DNA of 62,187 nucleotides, filler included, from Chiloscyllium plagiosum (taxonomy: Eukaryota), in assembly GCF_004010195.1 (NCBI RefSeq). It is 4 parts of one record of this genome, joined end to end, with 100 filler letters (N's around TTAATTAATTAA, not from the genome) between each part and the next. Parts side by side here need not be neighbours in the genome. Positions count along the whole stretch, not along the records: positions 1 to 19,894 come from NC_057711.1; 3 more parts are not named here. One strand, given 5' to 3'. Made by a program: the position numbers and the translations under genes. This document shows, piece by piece, positions 1 through 12,899 of this stretch; position 1 is the first letter of the stretch, and each line of letters begins with the position of its first letter. The notes beneath the pieces are model-generated. The model saw only the letters and a program-made list of their open reading frames with translations, made no database searches and was not told where the DNA came from.

Positions 1-31
1 GTCTTACCTTCGCTGCTGCTCGCACTGGAAC

Positions 32-184
32 TGCATTTAAAAGGCTTCTGGATGGGTATATGAATAGGAAGGGTTTAGAGGGATATGGGCCAAGTGCTGG
101 CAAATGGGACTAGATTCATTTAGCCTGTCTAGTCAGCATGGATGAGTCAAATGAAGCATCTATCTGTGCTGCACACCTTTATGA
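32..184 (+). mobile_element. HER1/CR1-type LINE 3' end fragment
   Basis: gcatttaaaaggc..ggatgggtatatgaataggaagggtttagagggatatgggcc matches the 3' ends at about 18780-18940 and 35980-36135. Confidence 0.8.
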
Positions 185-390
185 AGAGGATTTGGACTAA
201 CGTAGGTGAATTTGCAGCACAAAAAGATATAAATGGATTTGATTTATTACTAGATTCATTTAGCCTGTCTAGTCAGCATGGATGAGTCAAATGAAGCATC
301 TATCTGTGCTGCACACCTTTATGAAGAGGATTTGGACTAACGTAGGTGAATTTGCAGCACAAAAAGATATAAATGGATTTGATTTATTAC
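111..390. repeat. Perfect 140-bp tandem duplication (111-250 = 251-390)
   Basis: Base-by-base identical copies. Confidence 0.97.
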
Positions 391-2027
391 AACTGCAGAG
401 ACATGACTGCAGTGTTACCAAGAGTGGGAACAGAACATCCAGGAATATTTATTATTTAGGAAGGACAGACAGAAAGTGAGCTGCGTTGTTAGTAAAGAAG
501 TAAGTCAATTCACCAGGGAGGAAAGATATTGGCTCAGAAAATCACGATGTAGAATCTGTTTGGGTATAGATAAGAAAGACAAAATGGCAGAATACTTTAT
601 TGGAGATCAGTTATAAGCTCAAACAGCAATGGAGTTGTAAGGAAATGTGTTTCACAAGAAATCAGAGATGCATGCAATAAAGGTACAATTATATTCTTAG
701 ATGTCTTCAATGTACATACAGATTGGATAAAACAGACTAACCGTGGATTTCCTGAAGTATGCATGAGATTTTTTTAGACCAATACATTGAAGAACCACCT
801 AGAGAACACATTATTCTAGACTCGTTACTGTGTAATGAAAAATGATTCATTAACATAGATCTTGTTATGTGGGGTCAATGGGGGAAGGGCTAGCATAATA
901 TCATAGAATTCTTCATTCGAATGGAGAGTGAAATAGTTGAATTCAAAAGTAAGTTCCTGAATCTAAATACAGGGCACAATGAGGGTGTGGGGCATAAATT
1001 GGCAAGGATAGATTGCCAGGTTTCCTAAATGAGTTGATGATGGACGGGCAGTGGTCCATATTTAAAAACATGGTCCATGAATTACAACAATTATTCATTT
1101 CTGTCTGACACAAAAATGAAACAGGAGAGATGGCTGAACTATAGCTGTAAAAGAAATGAGAGATATCATCAGATCCAAAGAGGAACATATAAAATTGACA
1201 AAAAAGTCCACCAAATCTGAGGATTGGGAGCATTTTAGAATTGAGTAAGAAAAGGACAAAACCAAGCAAGCGAAAATAGAGTAAAGAGTAAAATTTCAAA
1301 GAACATTGCAAGTGACCATAAAAGCCTCTATAAATGTGTGAAGAGAAAAGGTTCAGAAACACAAATGTAAGATCTCTTGCAGTCCAGAGGCTGGGGAAAT
1401 TATCTTGGAAAACAAAGAACTGGCAGAAGATTTGATCATGTATTTTGGTTCTGGCTTCTCAAAAGAGGGCACAGATAACCTCCCAGAAATGCTATAGGGC
1501 CAAGGATCAACTGACAGTGCAGAACTGAAGGAAATCTGTATTACTGAAAAAATGGTGCTGGGGAAAGAAATTAGATTAAAGGGTAACAAATCACAAAGGC
1601 CTGACAATCTCCATAGGAATGGTCCTGGGCATATTGGATGTATTGGTGGTCATCTTCCAAAATTCAGTCGACTCTGAAGCAGTTCCTACAGTTTGGAGAT
1701 TTGCAAATATAAGCTAACTATTGAAAAAAGGAGAGACAGGGTAAAAAAAACCAGTTAGCTGATCATCAATCATAAGGAAAATGATAGAGTCGAATATAAA
1801 AGATGTGAAAACATTTCAAAAGCATTAACAAGATTGAACAAAGCTAGTATGGGTTTATGAAAGGCAAATCCACTTAATAAAGGTTTTCAGAATAATTTGA
1901 TAAGATTTTCCATGAGAAATCAATGAGTAAAGTTAAAGTACATGGGACAGAGGGCAATGTATTAGCAAGGATTGAGAACTGGTTGACAACAGAAAGCAGA
2001 GAGTGAGAATAAACAGTGGTAGCCAGT

Positions 2028-2345
2028 GACAGCATGGTGGCTCAGTGGTTAGCACTGCTGCCTCACAGCGCCAGGGACGCAGGTTCAATTCCAGCATTGG
2101 ATGACTGTCTGCGTGGAGTTTGCATGTTCTCCCCCATATCTGCGTGGGTTTCCTCCGGATGCTCCGGTTTCCTCCCACAGTCCAAAGATGTGCAAGCCAG
2201 GTGAATTGGCCATGCTAAATTGCCTATAGCAATAGGTTCATGAGCTAGAGGGAAATGGGTCTGAGTGGGTTACTCTTTGGAGGGTCAGTGTGTACATGTT
2301 GGGCTGAAAGGCCTGTTTCCACACTGCTAGGGAATATAATCTAAT
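2028..2345 (+). mobile_element. tRNA-derived HE1/V-SINE-type SINE
   Basis: A-box tggctcagtgg, B-box ggttcaattcc, central domain gtggagtttgca..ttctcc..tctgcgtgggtttcctcc, CR1-like tail. Confidence 0.88.
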
Positions 2346-2351
2346 GAGGTA

Positions 2352-2555
2352 CAGTAGTCCCCCGCATCTGTGAGGGACACGTTGCAAGATCTACTGTGGA
2401 AGCCTGAAACCACAGATAGGTCCCATTCATTTAAATGGGAAATTTACCTTCCTGGCAGCCCTGGTCCCTGGTTCCCTGCAATGTGTTCGGGCCGTGATAA
2501 TGCATGGGTAACTGAAACTGTGGAAAATGATTCCGCAGATGCGGGGGTAGCCCTG
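2352..2555. mobile_element. Tigger/pogo-like MITE
   Basis: Imperfect TIRs cagtagtcccccgcatctg / cagatgcgggggtagccctg flanked by TA on both sides, inside CR1 sequence. Confidence 0.7.
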
Positions 2556-3284
2556 TACTGCAAGGATCAGTGCTTGGATTCCAGCTACAATATATATCAT
2601 AGTCCAGATGAGGGAACTAAATGTAACTTTTCCAAGTTTGTTGACAATACAAAACTGGGTAGGACTGTGAGTTGTGAGGAAAATGCAAGGAGGCTTCAAG
2701 ATTCTTTAGACATGTTAAGTTAGTGAGCAAACACGTGGCAAATGAAGTTTGATGTGGCTAAATGTGAAGTCATAAACTTCAGCATGAGAAACAAAAAGAA
2801 AGAGAAATATTTAAGTGCTGATATATTGGGAAGTATGAATGTACAAAGGGATCGAGGTGTCCTTGTACACCAGTTAATGAAGGTGGACAGACAGGTGCAG
2901 CAAGCAATTCAGAAGGCAAATGGTAAATTGATGCCTTTGGTCATACCAAGATGAACTGGGAATCTGAAAAAGTGTAAGTTTTAAAGGAAAACAAATGGTT
3001 TTACCTGAGCTCTTCACTAGGGGCGTGTGTCACAGGTAGGAAAGGAAGGAGAATTATTAGATAGCACCTCTCCCTATCCATAACAAACGTAAGAAAATTA
3101 TTAACAACAAAATAAGTAATAAAATAAGCACTTTATTAAATATTCAGAAACAAAATAGGAATGTTTGTTACAAAACCAAAGGAATTTACCAGAACAGGAA
3201 GTGTGAAATGTAAATCCAAGTGGATCTTGTGCATGAATCTAAATACTGGACAAACTAAACTTTAAAATGGCCGTTTTGTAGTAT

Positions 3285-3476
3285 AGGTAAAAACAATGAC
3301 TGCAGATGCTGGAAACCAGATTCTGGATTAGTGGTGCTGGAAGAGCACAGCAGTTCAGGCAGCATCCAAGGAGCTTCGAAATCGACGTTTCGGGCAAAAG
3401 CCCTTCATCAGGAATAAAGGCAGTGAGCCTGAAGCGTGGAGAGATAAGCTAGAGGAGGGTGGGGGTGGGGAGAAAT
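3285..3476 (-). mobile_element. Penelope-like element terminal (pLTR) fragment with intact hammerhead core
   Basis: Same terminus as the GIY-YIG-bearing copy starting at 21337. Minus strand reads CTGATGAAGGGCTTTTGCCCGAAACGTC at 3384-3411. Confidence 0.85.
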
Positions 3477-4554
3477 ACCCTCTGCTCTGAAATGACGTTG
3501 ATTCATGACATTTCATTAACAGAGGAAAGCAAATGCTCTCCTCAGATTTGCCACTGTCAATGATATTTGGGAATGCATGGGAAGTCTTGCAAAGAGTAAC
3601 TGTAAACATTTGGGATTATATCAAACAGAATGAAACTAGAGACTTATCTGGCTGTCCTATTATTAGACAGGTAGTTAGACCATCAACTTCAAGGCAAATA
3701 CATTGTATAACATTTTCTAACAGAAACATTTCAGTAGTTAGAAGAATGCAAAACTCGATAATAGAAGATTATTAAGAGAGATAAGAGAATTATAAAATTT
3801 GCTGCAAATTGGGAAATTTTGGTCTACTTTCAAAGGCGCAGTGCTCACCACAAGATGTTGAGAATTGTATTTTTGAATACAATGCACTCTGACCCTTTCT
3901 TTGCTGTAAAATTACCTACATACAGCAATCTAATAAAGGACCAGTTTCAGCATTGATTCAATACTCCAGTGAGAATCATAGAATCAGACAGAATAGAAGA
4001 GAACTATTGAGTCTGCACTGCCAAAAATACATTAAATCTACACAGTCCCACTTTCCAGCGCTAAGTCCTTGAATGTTATGACATTCCAAGTGCTTCAAGT
4101 GAGGTTCTTCTTTGACTATACTTAACTGCATATGAAATTACACAGAGGATAACAGCTGATTGGAACTGTTATTAAGATATTGCATATTCAATGAGTTGGG
4201 ATATTACTGTGAGGATTAAGCTGTTTGTATGGTCAATAATAAACTAAAAATGACTCAAGCCTTCCAGATTTACTACTATTCTTTTCATTTACAATACGTA
4301 CAGTTTTTTTCCCTTCTTTATCATTATCCAGTATTTTCAATTAGAATTTTGATGTTGGAATAGATTTCTAGTTACAATGGATAACTGCCACCATGACAAC
4401 CAGCAAGTTTTGCCTATATGAAAGAATTTGTTTGCCAAGCTTGGGAAAATTATGTAAGCTTCTCACGTGACTGAGAATCATTGAGAAGTGAAAGGCATGT
4501 AGCCATTGTTGTATACAATAATATTGATGTTGTCGTGCCTGCACACTGGAAGTT

Positions 4555-4752
4555 GTTTAGCTCAGCTAGCTGGACGGCAGGCTAGCGATGCTAACAGCAT
4601 GGATTCAATTCCATCACCAGCTGAGGTTACCATGAAGAACTTTCCTTCTCAACCGCTCCCCTTGCCTCAGATGTGGTGACCCTCAGGTTAAACTCAATAC
4701 CAGTCATTGAATGAGAGAGGAGCTCTATGATCTGGTAACACTATGGTGAGTT
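4555..4752 (+). mobile_element. Degraded tRNA-derived SINE-like element
   Basis: tagctcagctagc (A-box-like) and ggattcaattcc (B-box-like) followed by a ~130-bp body. Confidence 0.5.
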
Positions 4753-5699
4753 TATCTTTACCCATGTGTGGATTGTCAACAATCTTTTACAAAAAGGGAT
4801 TGAAATGAACATTTTTCAATGCATTATGCAATTTTCTTTTGTTCTTTCCAGGTAACTGAAGGACAAACAGAATACTGTTACCAAATGTTACTGTTATAGT
4901 TTTATGTGGTCTTCCCCAATTTAGTAATCCCAACTTGTCATGAAGGCACATTTATGAGAAAATGACAAACCTAACAAAGCTTGGATATGGTACAATCAGA
5001 ACACAGTCCATCACAATGTCACTCTTCAGTTATTTCCAGAAAAAATATTAAATAAAGGCTAATTGTGTTAACCACACATATAATACACATACATGGATAG
5101 GCAGAAAGGTAGACCAGTGAGAAGATAAGAGGAAAGAATTGGAAAAGTCATTAGGCCTTGCTGCCTCAAGTGTTTCACTTTTCAGTCCATCATCCATTGA
5201 CTTGAATAACTCAAAGTGAAAAAGAGAAAGGGACGGTTACTTCCCTGAAAGTAATACAATTGATTAACTTTTTTCATACTTACACTTGTATCCTTAAGCA
5301 ATCATAAAACTATACCACATAAACATTGTGGATAATAATACTCATTACCTTTAAATTAACATATTTGCGAGTTCCTCATTCTGCCTCAGTGCTAAAGTCC
5401 ATGAACCATTATCTTATACATTGTCTCCTCTGGTGCATTTTTCTCCATAGTTAACCACTATTCATTCATGTAACTACTTTTATCTGTACTATTACCCCAT
5501 CTCCTTCCAAGTCTATAACTTTGCAAGTATAGGGAGTCTCGATATTTCACAATTTTCCAAGAATGGACTCTATTAGTTCTTTGAATGACAGGTCCTTTGC
5601 TTGAGGACTGTTGCCTGTGATGTTGAACTGCTGTAAGTCAGTTCTCACCCGGAAATCTTTTATCTCTTGCATATCCATTGAGAGGATGTGTGGCTGATT

Positions 5700-6075
5700 G
5701 ACCAGATCACTTGTCCATAATGAGAAGAGTCACTTTCTTCAGATCAAAGCTGTGGCCATGGGTGCCCATGTGGGCCCTAGTTATTCCTGTTTCTTTGTGG
5801 GGTATGTGGAATATTCTTTGTTCCAGTCCTACTCAGACCGCTCCCTACAACATTGCCTCTGGAATATCAATGACATAATCAGTGTTTCTTTCTTCATTTA
5901 TCCAGAATTGGAAAAGTTATCCATTTTGCTTCCAATTTCCATTCTGCTCTCAGCTTCATCTAGTTCATCTCTGGCTCTTTGCTTCCCTTCTTGGACATCT
6001 CCATTTCCATTTCTGGAGATAGGCTGGTCACCAACTTCCATTACAGACCCATTGATTCCCACAGTTACTTTTATT
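5700..6075 (+). mobile_element. Penelope-like RT fragment (degraded)
   Basis: SHFLQIKAVAMGAHVGPSYSCFFVGYVE, plus PFLDISISISGDRL in another frame; homologous to 61911-62187. Confidence 0.8.
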
Positions 6076-6084
6076 TCATATCTA

Positions 6085-6290
6085 GGGCACTGGTGATGGC
6101 CTACTGGTATTAGTGCTGGACTGTTCATCCAGAGACCCAGATAATGCCCTGGGGACCTGAGTTTGAATCCTGCCATGGCAGATGGTAGAACATGAATTCA
6201 ATTTTTTTAAAATCTGGAATTAAGAGTCTAATGGTGATTGTGGATTGTCAGAAAATCCCAACTAGTTTACTAATACCCTTAAGAAAAGAG
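6085..6290 (+). mobile_element. tRNA-derived SINE, second family (5' part)
   Basis: ggtattagtgctggactg..atccagagacccagataat..gggacctgagtttgaatcctgcca; same family as 46195-46520. Confidence 0.7.
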
Positions 6291-7641
6291 AATTAAATAT
6301 AAGATGCATTTATTGATCAACATAATGTGACATTTTTCAAAACATGCAGTAAAATTACCTTATTCCATCTATGTAAAGGCATCATATTTCAGAACTCAAA
6401 CACCAAACAGTATTTGCTTCTCTGTAATTTAATTATTTCTTTCAGTTTCCAATTTGGGTTTGTTAGCCTCTTCCTTCTATAATCACACATCTGAGCTTAA
6501 ATTTTCTCAGCTTTGAACAATCCCTTCAAGGTTCTAACTTAACACTTCTTGCTTGGAGCTTTCAAACTGCAATACTTACCCCGATGTGATCTATTGTCTA
6601 ACTTTTCTGAACAAACTCCTTTCTCAAGGAGAAATTGTTTCATACCTTTAACTTCATCCAGGACTTTGACAGGCTGAAAACAAAACTTTCTAAGCTGTGG
6701 ATATTTCCCCTAAGCAAAAACAAAATTAATCCTTCATCCTTCTAACTGCAAGTGAGCTAATGCTCTTCAGTGTTTACGCCGCCTATTTGTAAAACTCTCC
6801 AAATGCAAGTTAACTCCTATAACGACTCCAGGCACTCACACTCTCTCATATTTAACAAAAATCGCTGCAGAAGTATTGATAAATTAATCATTAACACCCC
6901 ATCCCAATGCACGCAAACAGAACTCACGTGCCACTCATGCAAATCCAAACTCTAAAATAAATGCAATTAAAATATATCTGAATCATACACCTGACATCAC
7001 AAGGTAACCTCACTGGATATTTTCTTCACTCCTAACAGATCTCCTTTGCTCCTTCTGTTTTGAAGTTTGACTCCCTTTTTTTTCTCTTTCACTCACTGAT
7101 ATTACTCTCGCTGTGTCTTCTATAGATTCTTGATGAAGGTTTGTCTTTGTAAAACTGAAGTTGCCTTGTTGCTGTTTTCTTCTTCCTTCATAGTCAAATG
7201 GATTATGTCTGTTGATCATTCTGATGTATACTGGCTTGTATAGTGCATTGTCACCAATCATCCTACCTCTGTAATCCTGTAATTGTTCAAGACCTGGCTA
7301 ATTAGTAGAGGATAGATTACTGGTGAATCTTAACAGAAGAGGCACTTAAATAGCAAGGTATCCTTGAATAATAAGGTCATTTATTGCATGATGGCAATTG
7401 GTACAGGTACAGTCATTTGCTATCAATAATTACTGAGAATTATCAGGAGCTCTGCAGAACACATCTGCTCTTCTTGACAATTTGTTGCAGACTTCTACTG
7501 TTTCCACCTAAAGACTGCCTTGCTATCATCAGATCAGTGAGAGCTTAATGCAACATCAACATGATCGGGACCATCACGTCACACACCAAAATTCTTATTT
7601 CTCAAATTCATTCAGTCTTATGCCATCTCCCTGGGTCTTTA

Positions 7642-7842
7642 CAAGCAGTCCTCAGGTTGGAGATGGGTTCCATTCTGTAGTCCATTCACAAGTCAATTTG
7701 TATACAGCTGGAAGACAACGCAAGACAATGTAAAGCAGCTGACCGTAAGTGCAGAAAATAATCATATGTTGGGTCTTTAAAATTACATCGCTGTTGGGAT
7801 TGCATTTGTAAGTAAGAGGGTTATTCAACCAGGGACCTCCTG
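7642..7842. mobile_element. Tigger/pogo-like MITE (degraded)
   Basis: ta|caagcagtcctcaggtt ... aaccagggacctcctg|ta: imperfect TIRs with TA flanks. Confidence 0.5.
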
Positions 7843-9239
7843 TATATAACTCTCGTTGGACCATTTTGTTATGTTTTCAACTAATATTTTGGTCACTTCT
7901 AGATTTCTCACCATAGTTCTCTATCTGCTTCCTTTTATTGTTCATGAAGGTTTGTGGTGTATTTTTAATGTTAAAAGTGTGATACAAATACATAAAGTTG
8001 TTGCTGTCATTATAGATCATTATTAGAGTTAAGCCAGTCATGAATGCTCTAATTTATTGCAGGACATCATTGTTACATTTTCGTTTAGCAGAATCTAGTA
8101 GCTACTGCTTAAATATTGGTTAATTATGTTTCTGAAATTATTCTTTATTGAGCAGAAGTAGACCAAAGAATTTGCAATGCTGACAAACTTTATGTTGTTG
8201 TGTATTTGGTATGATATCTAATTAATGCTGATGAATTCCTGTTGAGCATGCCTGGTTGCTAAAACAGAACACAACATTCACACGGTAATTCTGAATTAGT
8301 TCTATTTGAACCTGTTTTAATACAAGGATTACAAAATTACAAGGATATGCAATCAGACGAAAATTCCACAAAATTAAATATCAGTCATAATATGATTCAC
8401 CAACATTTATAACCTGATATTCAGATCAGCAGAAATTATTACTAAGTACTTTACAGATGCAAATGACATTCCAAAAACAATTAGAAAATGTGTTACTTCA
8501 TCAATGTTTTACTCTGTTGAATTTAATCTAGGAAATCCACAGTGTATTGTGTAAGGAATATTGCAAGTTGGCAAACATATAAATTGAGTAACCAGACAAT
8601 ACAAAGTGAATCATAACATTATTCTCTTTGACCACAAATTAATTAAATCAATAGAATCTCATATCTTGAATCCAATTTTAACAAAAATGGATTGAATATT
8701 CCTGGAGTTTGTCATCAAATATTCAGATATGGGGTGCCCATATTTTCTGAATTAAGAGCAGTTTCGGCATCCATAAACAATTCTAGCAGGAGTTGCAACT
8801 CACATTATATTGATGAGGGTATCATTGTGCATGTAGTCCACCAGAAGTGTGCAGGATAGGCAGATTGATGGTTCCTGCTGATTCGAAGCATGTGCTCCCA
8901 TTTTACATGCTGACACTGTCTCCTTATGACAAATGTTAAACATATTCAGTATCAAGAAGAACACCCCCTCACACTTATTTAAAGGATCCATCAACTGCTT
9001 TCAAATTGCTTCCCAATTAATTTGTATTGACTCTTGCTGTGGAATGAGTGTTTGGCATTCTCTAAGATTTTTTAAGGTTGCAAAAAGCAGCAGGGAGTGG
9101 TGTGGTACTACTAAAGGACGAAACCCTGACTTCAAGGATTCTGTAAAAATCAATTGCTCTAAGGCATGGCTGCACAACGGGACAGCTCTTGGGAAGACTT
9201 CAAAACCTGGAGAGTGAACCGAGGCTGTGCAATGCACAA

Positions 9240-9415
9240 CAAGCTACTGGAAGCTGGTCATGGAAGAGACGGAGAAGGATTCTCAGCAGGAGGATACATC
9301 TGTCCACTATACTCAGAGCAATTCGCCCTGTGGTCCTCCGTGAGGTACAATGTGCCAGAAGTTTGTGTTTCACTAAAGAGAAACTCGCTGACACCTCTCG
9401 CCACCAAAACCTACT
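9240..9415 (+). mobile_element. Possible degraded PIF/Harbinger transposase N-terminal fragment
   Basis: RRRRILSRR...REVQCARSLCFTKEKL resembles the HARBI1-like EEQC.RRLRF.KE motif as recalled; weak. Confidence 0.35.
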
Positions 9416-9751
9416 AACATGCTGAGGGTGGTGTTGCCAATGGCTGTGAACATGACTTGGTGACAAAAATAGAAATTGCTGGAAAAGCACAGCAGGTCTG
9501 GCAGCATCTGTGAAGAGAAATCAAAGGCTTTTAAACACCCCGAATATCATTTTTAAACCAACTCCATATCATCCATGCTTCTAATTTTAAAAATACACAA
9601 GTATTGCCCAGCAAGGGCAGTGCCTGCAAAAACAAAAGTGAGGAGAAGTAGGGAAAAATGGAGGCAGTTTTGGCAAGTATTCACGACGAGCCAATGAATA
9701 CAAAACAGGTTCCAAAAGAGGTTACAGCAAAAATGGAAAAGCCAAACCAAG

Positions 9752-10065
9752 GGGTGGCACGGTGGCTCTGTGGTTAGAACTGCTGCCTCACCGCACCAGA
9801 AACCCAGGTTCAATTCTCCCCTCAGGTGACAGTCTGTGTGGAGTTTGCACATTTTCCCTGTGTCTGTGTGGGTTTCCTCCCTCAGTCCAAATATGTGCAG
9901 ATTAGGGGGACTAGCAATGCGAAATTACCTATAGACTCCAGGGATGTGCAGGCCAGGTGGATTAGCCATGGGAAATGCAGGGTGATAGGTTAAGGGGGCG
10001 ATTCTGAGTGGAATGCCCTGTAGAGGGTCAGTGTGGACTTGAGGGGTCACACTGTAGTGATTCTG
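9752..10065 (+). mobile_element. HE1/V-SINE-type SINE
   Basis: gggtggcacggtggctctgtggttag..ggttcaattc..gtgtggagtttgcacatt. Confidence 0.85.
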
Positions 10066-11704
10066 TCAACTTCATATCAAAATGTCAGATAAGTTCCTTC
10101 ATATGCCTTTCTAAAAGGTACAAGTAAACTGAGAAAATTACACCCATTATCTTTTACATTTATAAAGCTATGATTTCTTTTAAGTATCACAGTGTTGAAG
10201 AGCTCTTTGGATTTCATCTAGTTCCTATATTCATCAGCAAATTACTTCAACTGTAAGTAAAGGAAGTAAGAAAAAAATGATTATCTGCGTCCAGATACCA
10301 TTAAATTGGTTAGAGTAAATCAGACGTACAGAACCACCAAAGATTCCAAATATTGTCACAATTAAACCATATGGCTGCCACAGACTGTGGGCATGCTCTA
10401 TATTTAAACAACCACAATGGAAACCATTGCAATGTGCACATCAAGAATTAGAGGACCATTAGTTAAGCGCAGATTGTTCTTAAATTTTAACATTAGGCCA
10501 ACTTTTATCGTTCATCCCTAATTACCCTTGAGAAGGGGTTTGTCAGTTTACAATGTGTTAGTTGAAAGCAATTTCACAGAAGAATCGTAAATGTATTTCT
10601 TATGTTCTTGGAATGTGGACATCACAAGTAAGGCCAGGATTTGTTACTTCTTTTCTCTATGTCCTGAGGAGGTGATACTGCAGCCTATATGGTGCTGTAT
10701 AGTATTTTGGCACAACTTGATATTTTATAATTCACCTCGGATGCAGTAAGATTCAATCATATTTGGAACTAGAGTCAAATATAAACCATAATTGGAAAAA
10801 GTTGTGTTTTAAAGGATATCGTGAACCAAATAGCTCTTCACAATATTCTGTCAGTTTTATGGTCACTTCGCTTTACAAGATACTGCCCTTATGTCCAGGC
10901 CTTGTAAATTGAATTAGATTTTCCAATTAGGATTTGAACTTACATTCCTTGGATCATTAGTACATGAACAATACCATTACACTACAGTATTCTTTATGCA
11001 TAATGTTTTGAAACAGTGTCTATGATGAGGTTGGATTCATGAAAAGGGTCAGAGGCCCAGTAAATTAAATGACTTCTAAAGTCATTTGGTTGTTCAGAAG
11101 AGAAAGGGCATGCTAGGTGAAATATAAATGATGTTATGAGTACTGATTGCGAGGATACGAGCAGCAAAGGGGCACCATCTGCTGAGTGAAGTGCAATAAA
11201 GTTGAAGCGAGAGCTAAGAAACATAAGAACGTTTTAGGAGGGCCTCAAGCAGCAATGATCATAGCAGGTGCAGGAGAAAACAGCCTCGATGTCAATACTG
11301 GATCTTTCACTGAAGAAAGTCTTGTATCAAGTTTAATGGACCCAAATACAGCAAGTCATAAGAAAACAGGAAGCTAGAGGACAAGTTGTTATTTTCATAA
11401 AGCAATGCAATTCAAGGAACAAAGTTTGAATCATCTTTAACTTAGCTTCTGCTTTTTGCCCACAGTTGCTACTTCACTTATCTACTTATCAGCCTCGCCA
11501 TCATTTAGACAACAAAGTCTAGACTAATGATGTCTGAATTTATAATTAGTTGCCCAACCAAAGGGGAAGATCAGTAAAAAAACACACAGGAATACTGGGA
11601 AGTGAATGTATTAGTTGCAACTGGGGCACATTTTGAACCAAAGAATGCAAGGCAGACCAGGAAGTCCCACTCATTTTTCTTTCTGTAACACAGAAAACAT
11701 CTTA

Positions 11705-12680
11705 AGAAACATAGAAAATCAGAGCAGAAGAGAGCCACTTTGCTTTGAATTTGTTCCACTATTCAATATGATCATGGCTGATCATCCAACTCAAAAGTGT
11801 GTTCCTGCTTTCTCCTCATACCCTTGTTCCCTTTAGACCTAAGAACTATATCTAACTCCTTCCTGGAAACATTAAAGTGTTGGTCTTAACCACTCATTCC
11901 ACAGGCTCACTACTCCCTTGGTGAAGAAATTTGTCCTCATCTCCAGCCCATAGCAACTGTTCCAGAGTATATAGAATCATGACAGGTGACCATCAATTCA
12001 TCTGCTATTTCCAGAGCAACTCTGGGATTAGACTACCAAACCTTGGAATTTATCAGCCTGTAATCCCATCAATTCCACCAACATCATTTCCCTACTAATA
12101 TTGAAGTCCTTCAGTTCTTTACCTCACTAAACCCAACATTTTTATTATTTGTGTGTAAAGAAATAACATATATTTTATAAAGACAGAACCAAAGTATGTA
12201 TTTAATTAGTCTGCTATTTCTTTGTTCCGCATTATAACTTCCCATGCTTCGATCTCTAAGGGACTTTCATTTATCTTCACTATTGTACTTTCTCCGCACA
12301 TTCCTATCAAAGCTTTATAATTGGTATGTTCCCCACAAGGTTACTCTGGTACTTTATTTTCCCAACTCTTAATCAATCCCTTTGCCCTTCTTTGTTGAAT
12401 TCTAAACTGCTTCCAATCCTCAGGCCTGCTACTTCTTTTGGCTAATGAAATAACTCTTCCTTGAATTCAAAGCTATCTTTAATTTCCCTTGTTAGCCATG
12501 ATGGGGTCACCTTTATTGTTTTATCTTTATGCTGGACAGGAATAAACAATTATGGCAGTTCATCTATGTACAGTTTAAATGTTTGTCTATCCATCATCAT
12601 TCCTTTAAATAATGTTCACTGATTTATCACAGCCAGCTCACACCTCATAACACCATAGTGTCCTTTATTTAGATTCAGAA
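11705..12680 (-). mobile_element. CR1 LINE fragments (3' end plus internal ORF2 remnants)
   Basis: aagaaacatagaa tail and attcaatatgatcatggctgatc 3'UTR; body is antisense-similar to the CR1 at about 1000-1600. Confidence 0.75.
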
Positions 12681-12899
12681 GACAAGAGAATTGTCTTGAG
12701 AACAAGAGGAAAAAGCACTTCAGGGCAAAACGTTCTGTACCTCATTCATAACTTTGAAGTTAACCCCTTTAAATCAAGCTGTTTTCTTAAACAAAAACAG
12801 AAATTGCCAGAAAAGTTCAGCAGGTCTGGCAGCATCTGTGGAGAGAAATCAAAGTTAGCATTCTAGGTTAACTGACCCTTCCTTGGAATCCTTAAACTC

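Larger units (their letters stand above)
185..2930 (+). mobile_element. Old, degraded CR1 LINE ORF2 (APE endonuclease to RT), interrupted by a SINE and a MITE
   Basis: Frameshifted CR1 motifs (SKFVDNTKLG, RRLQDSLDMLS, MKFDVAKCEVINF, QVQQAIQKANG) with many stops. Confidence 0.8.

Noticed and set aside
1..40. Minus-strand LNAVPVRAAAKVR resembling the TENT2 C-terminus, with a gtaag donor
   Set aside because: Too short, overlaps a CR1 3' fragment from about 32, and lacks the preceding conserved residues; probably chance.
2036..2095. tRNA-like A/B boxes as tRNA genes
   Set aside because: They are SINE heads that continue into the SINE body and a LINE-derived tail.
7010..7261. 83-aa minus-strand ORF in unique DNA
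   Set aside because: No recognisable domain; low-complexity purine-rich composition.
8457..8550. Plus-strand 94-bp candidate exon (ttacag|ATGC..TTGT|gtaagg) with an open frame
   Set aside because: Weak polypyrimidine tract, unrecognised peptide and no partner exons.
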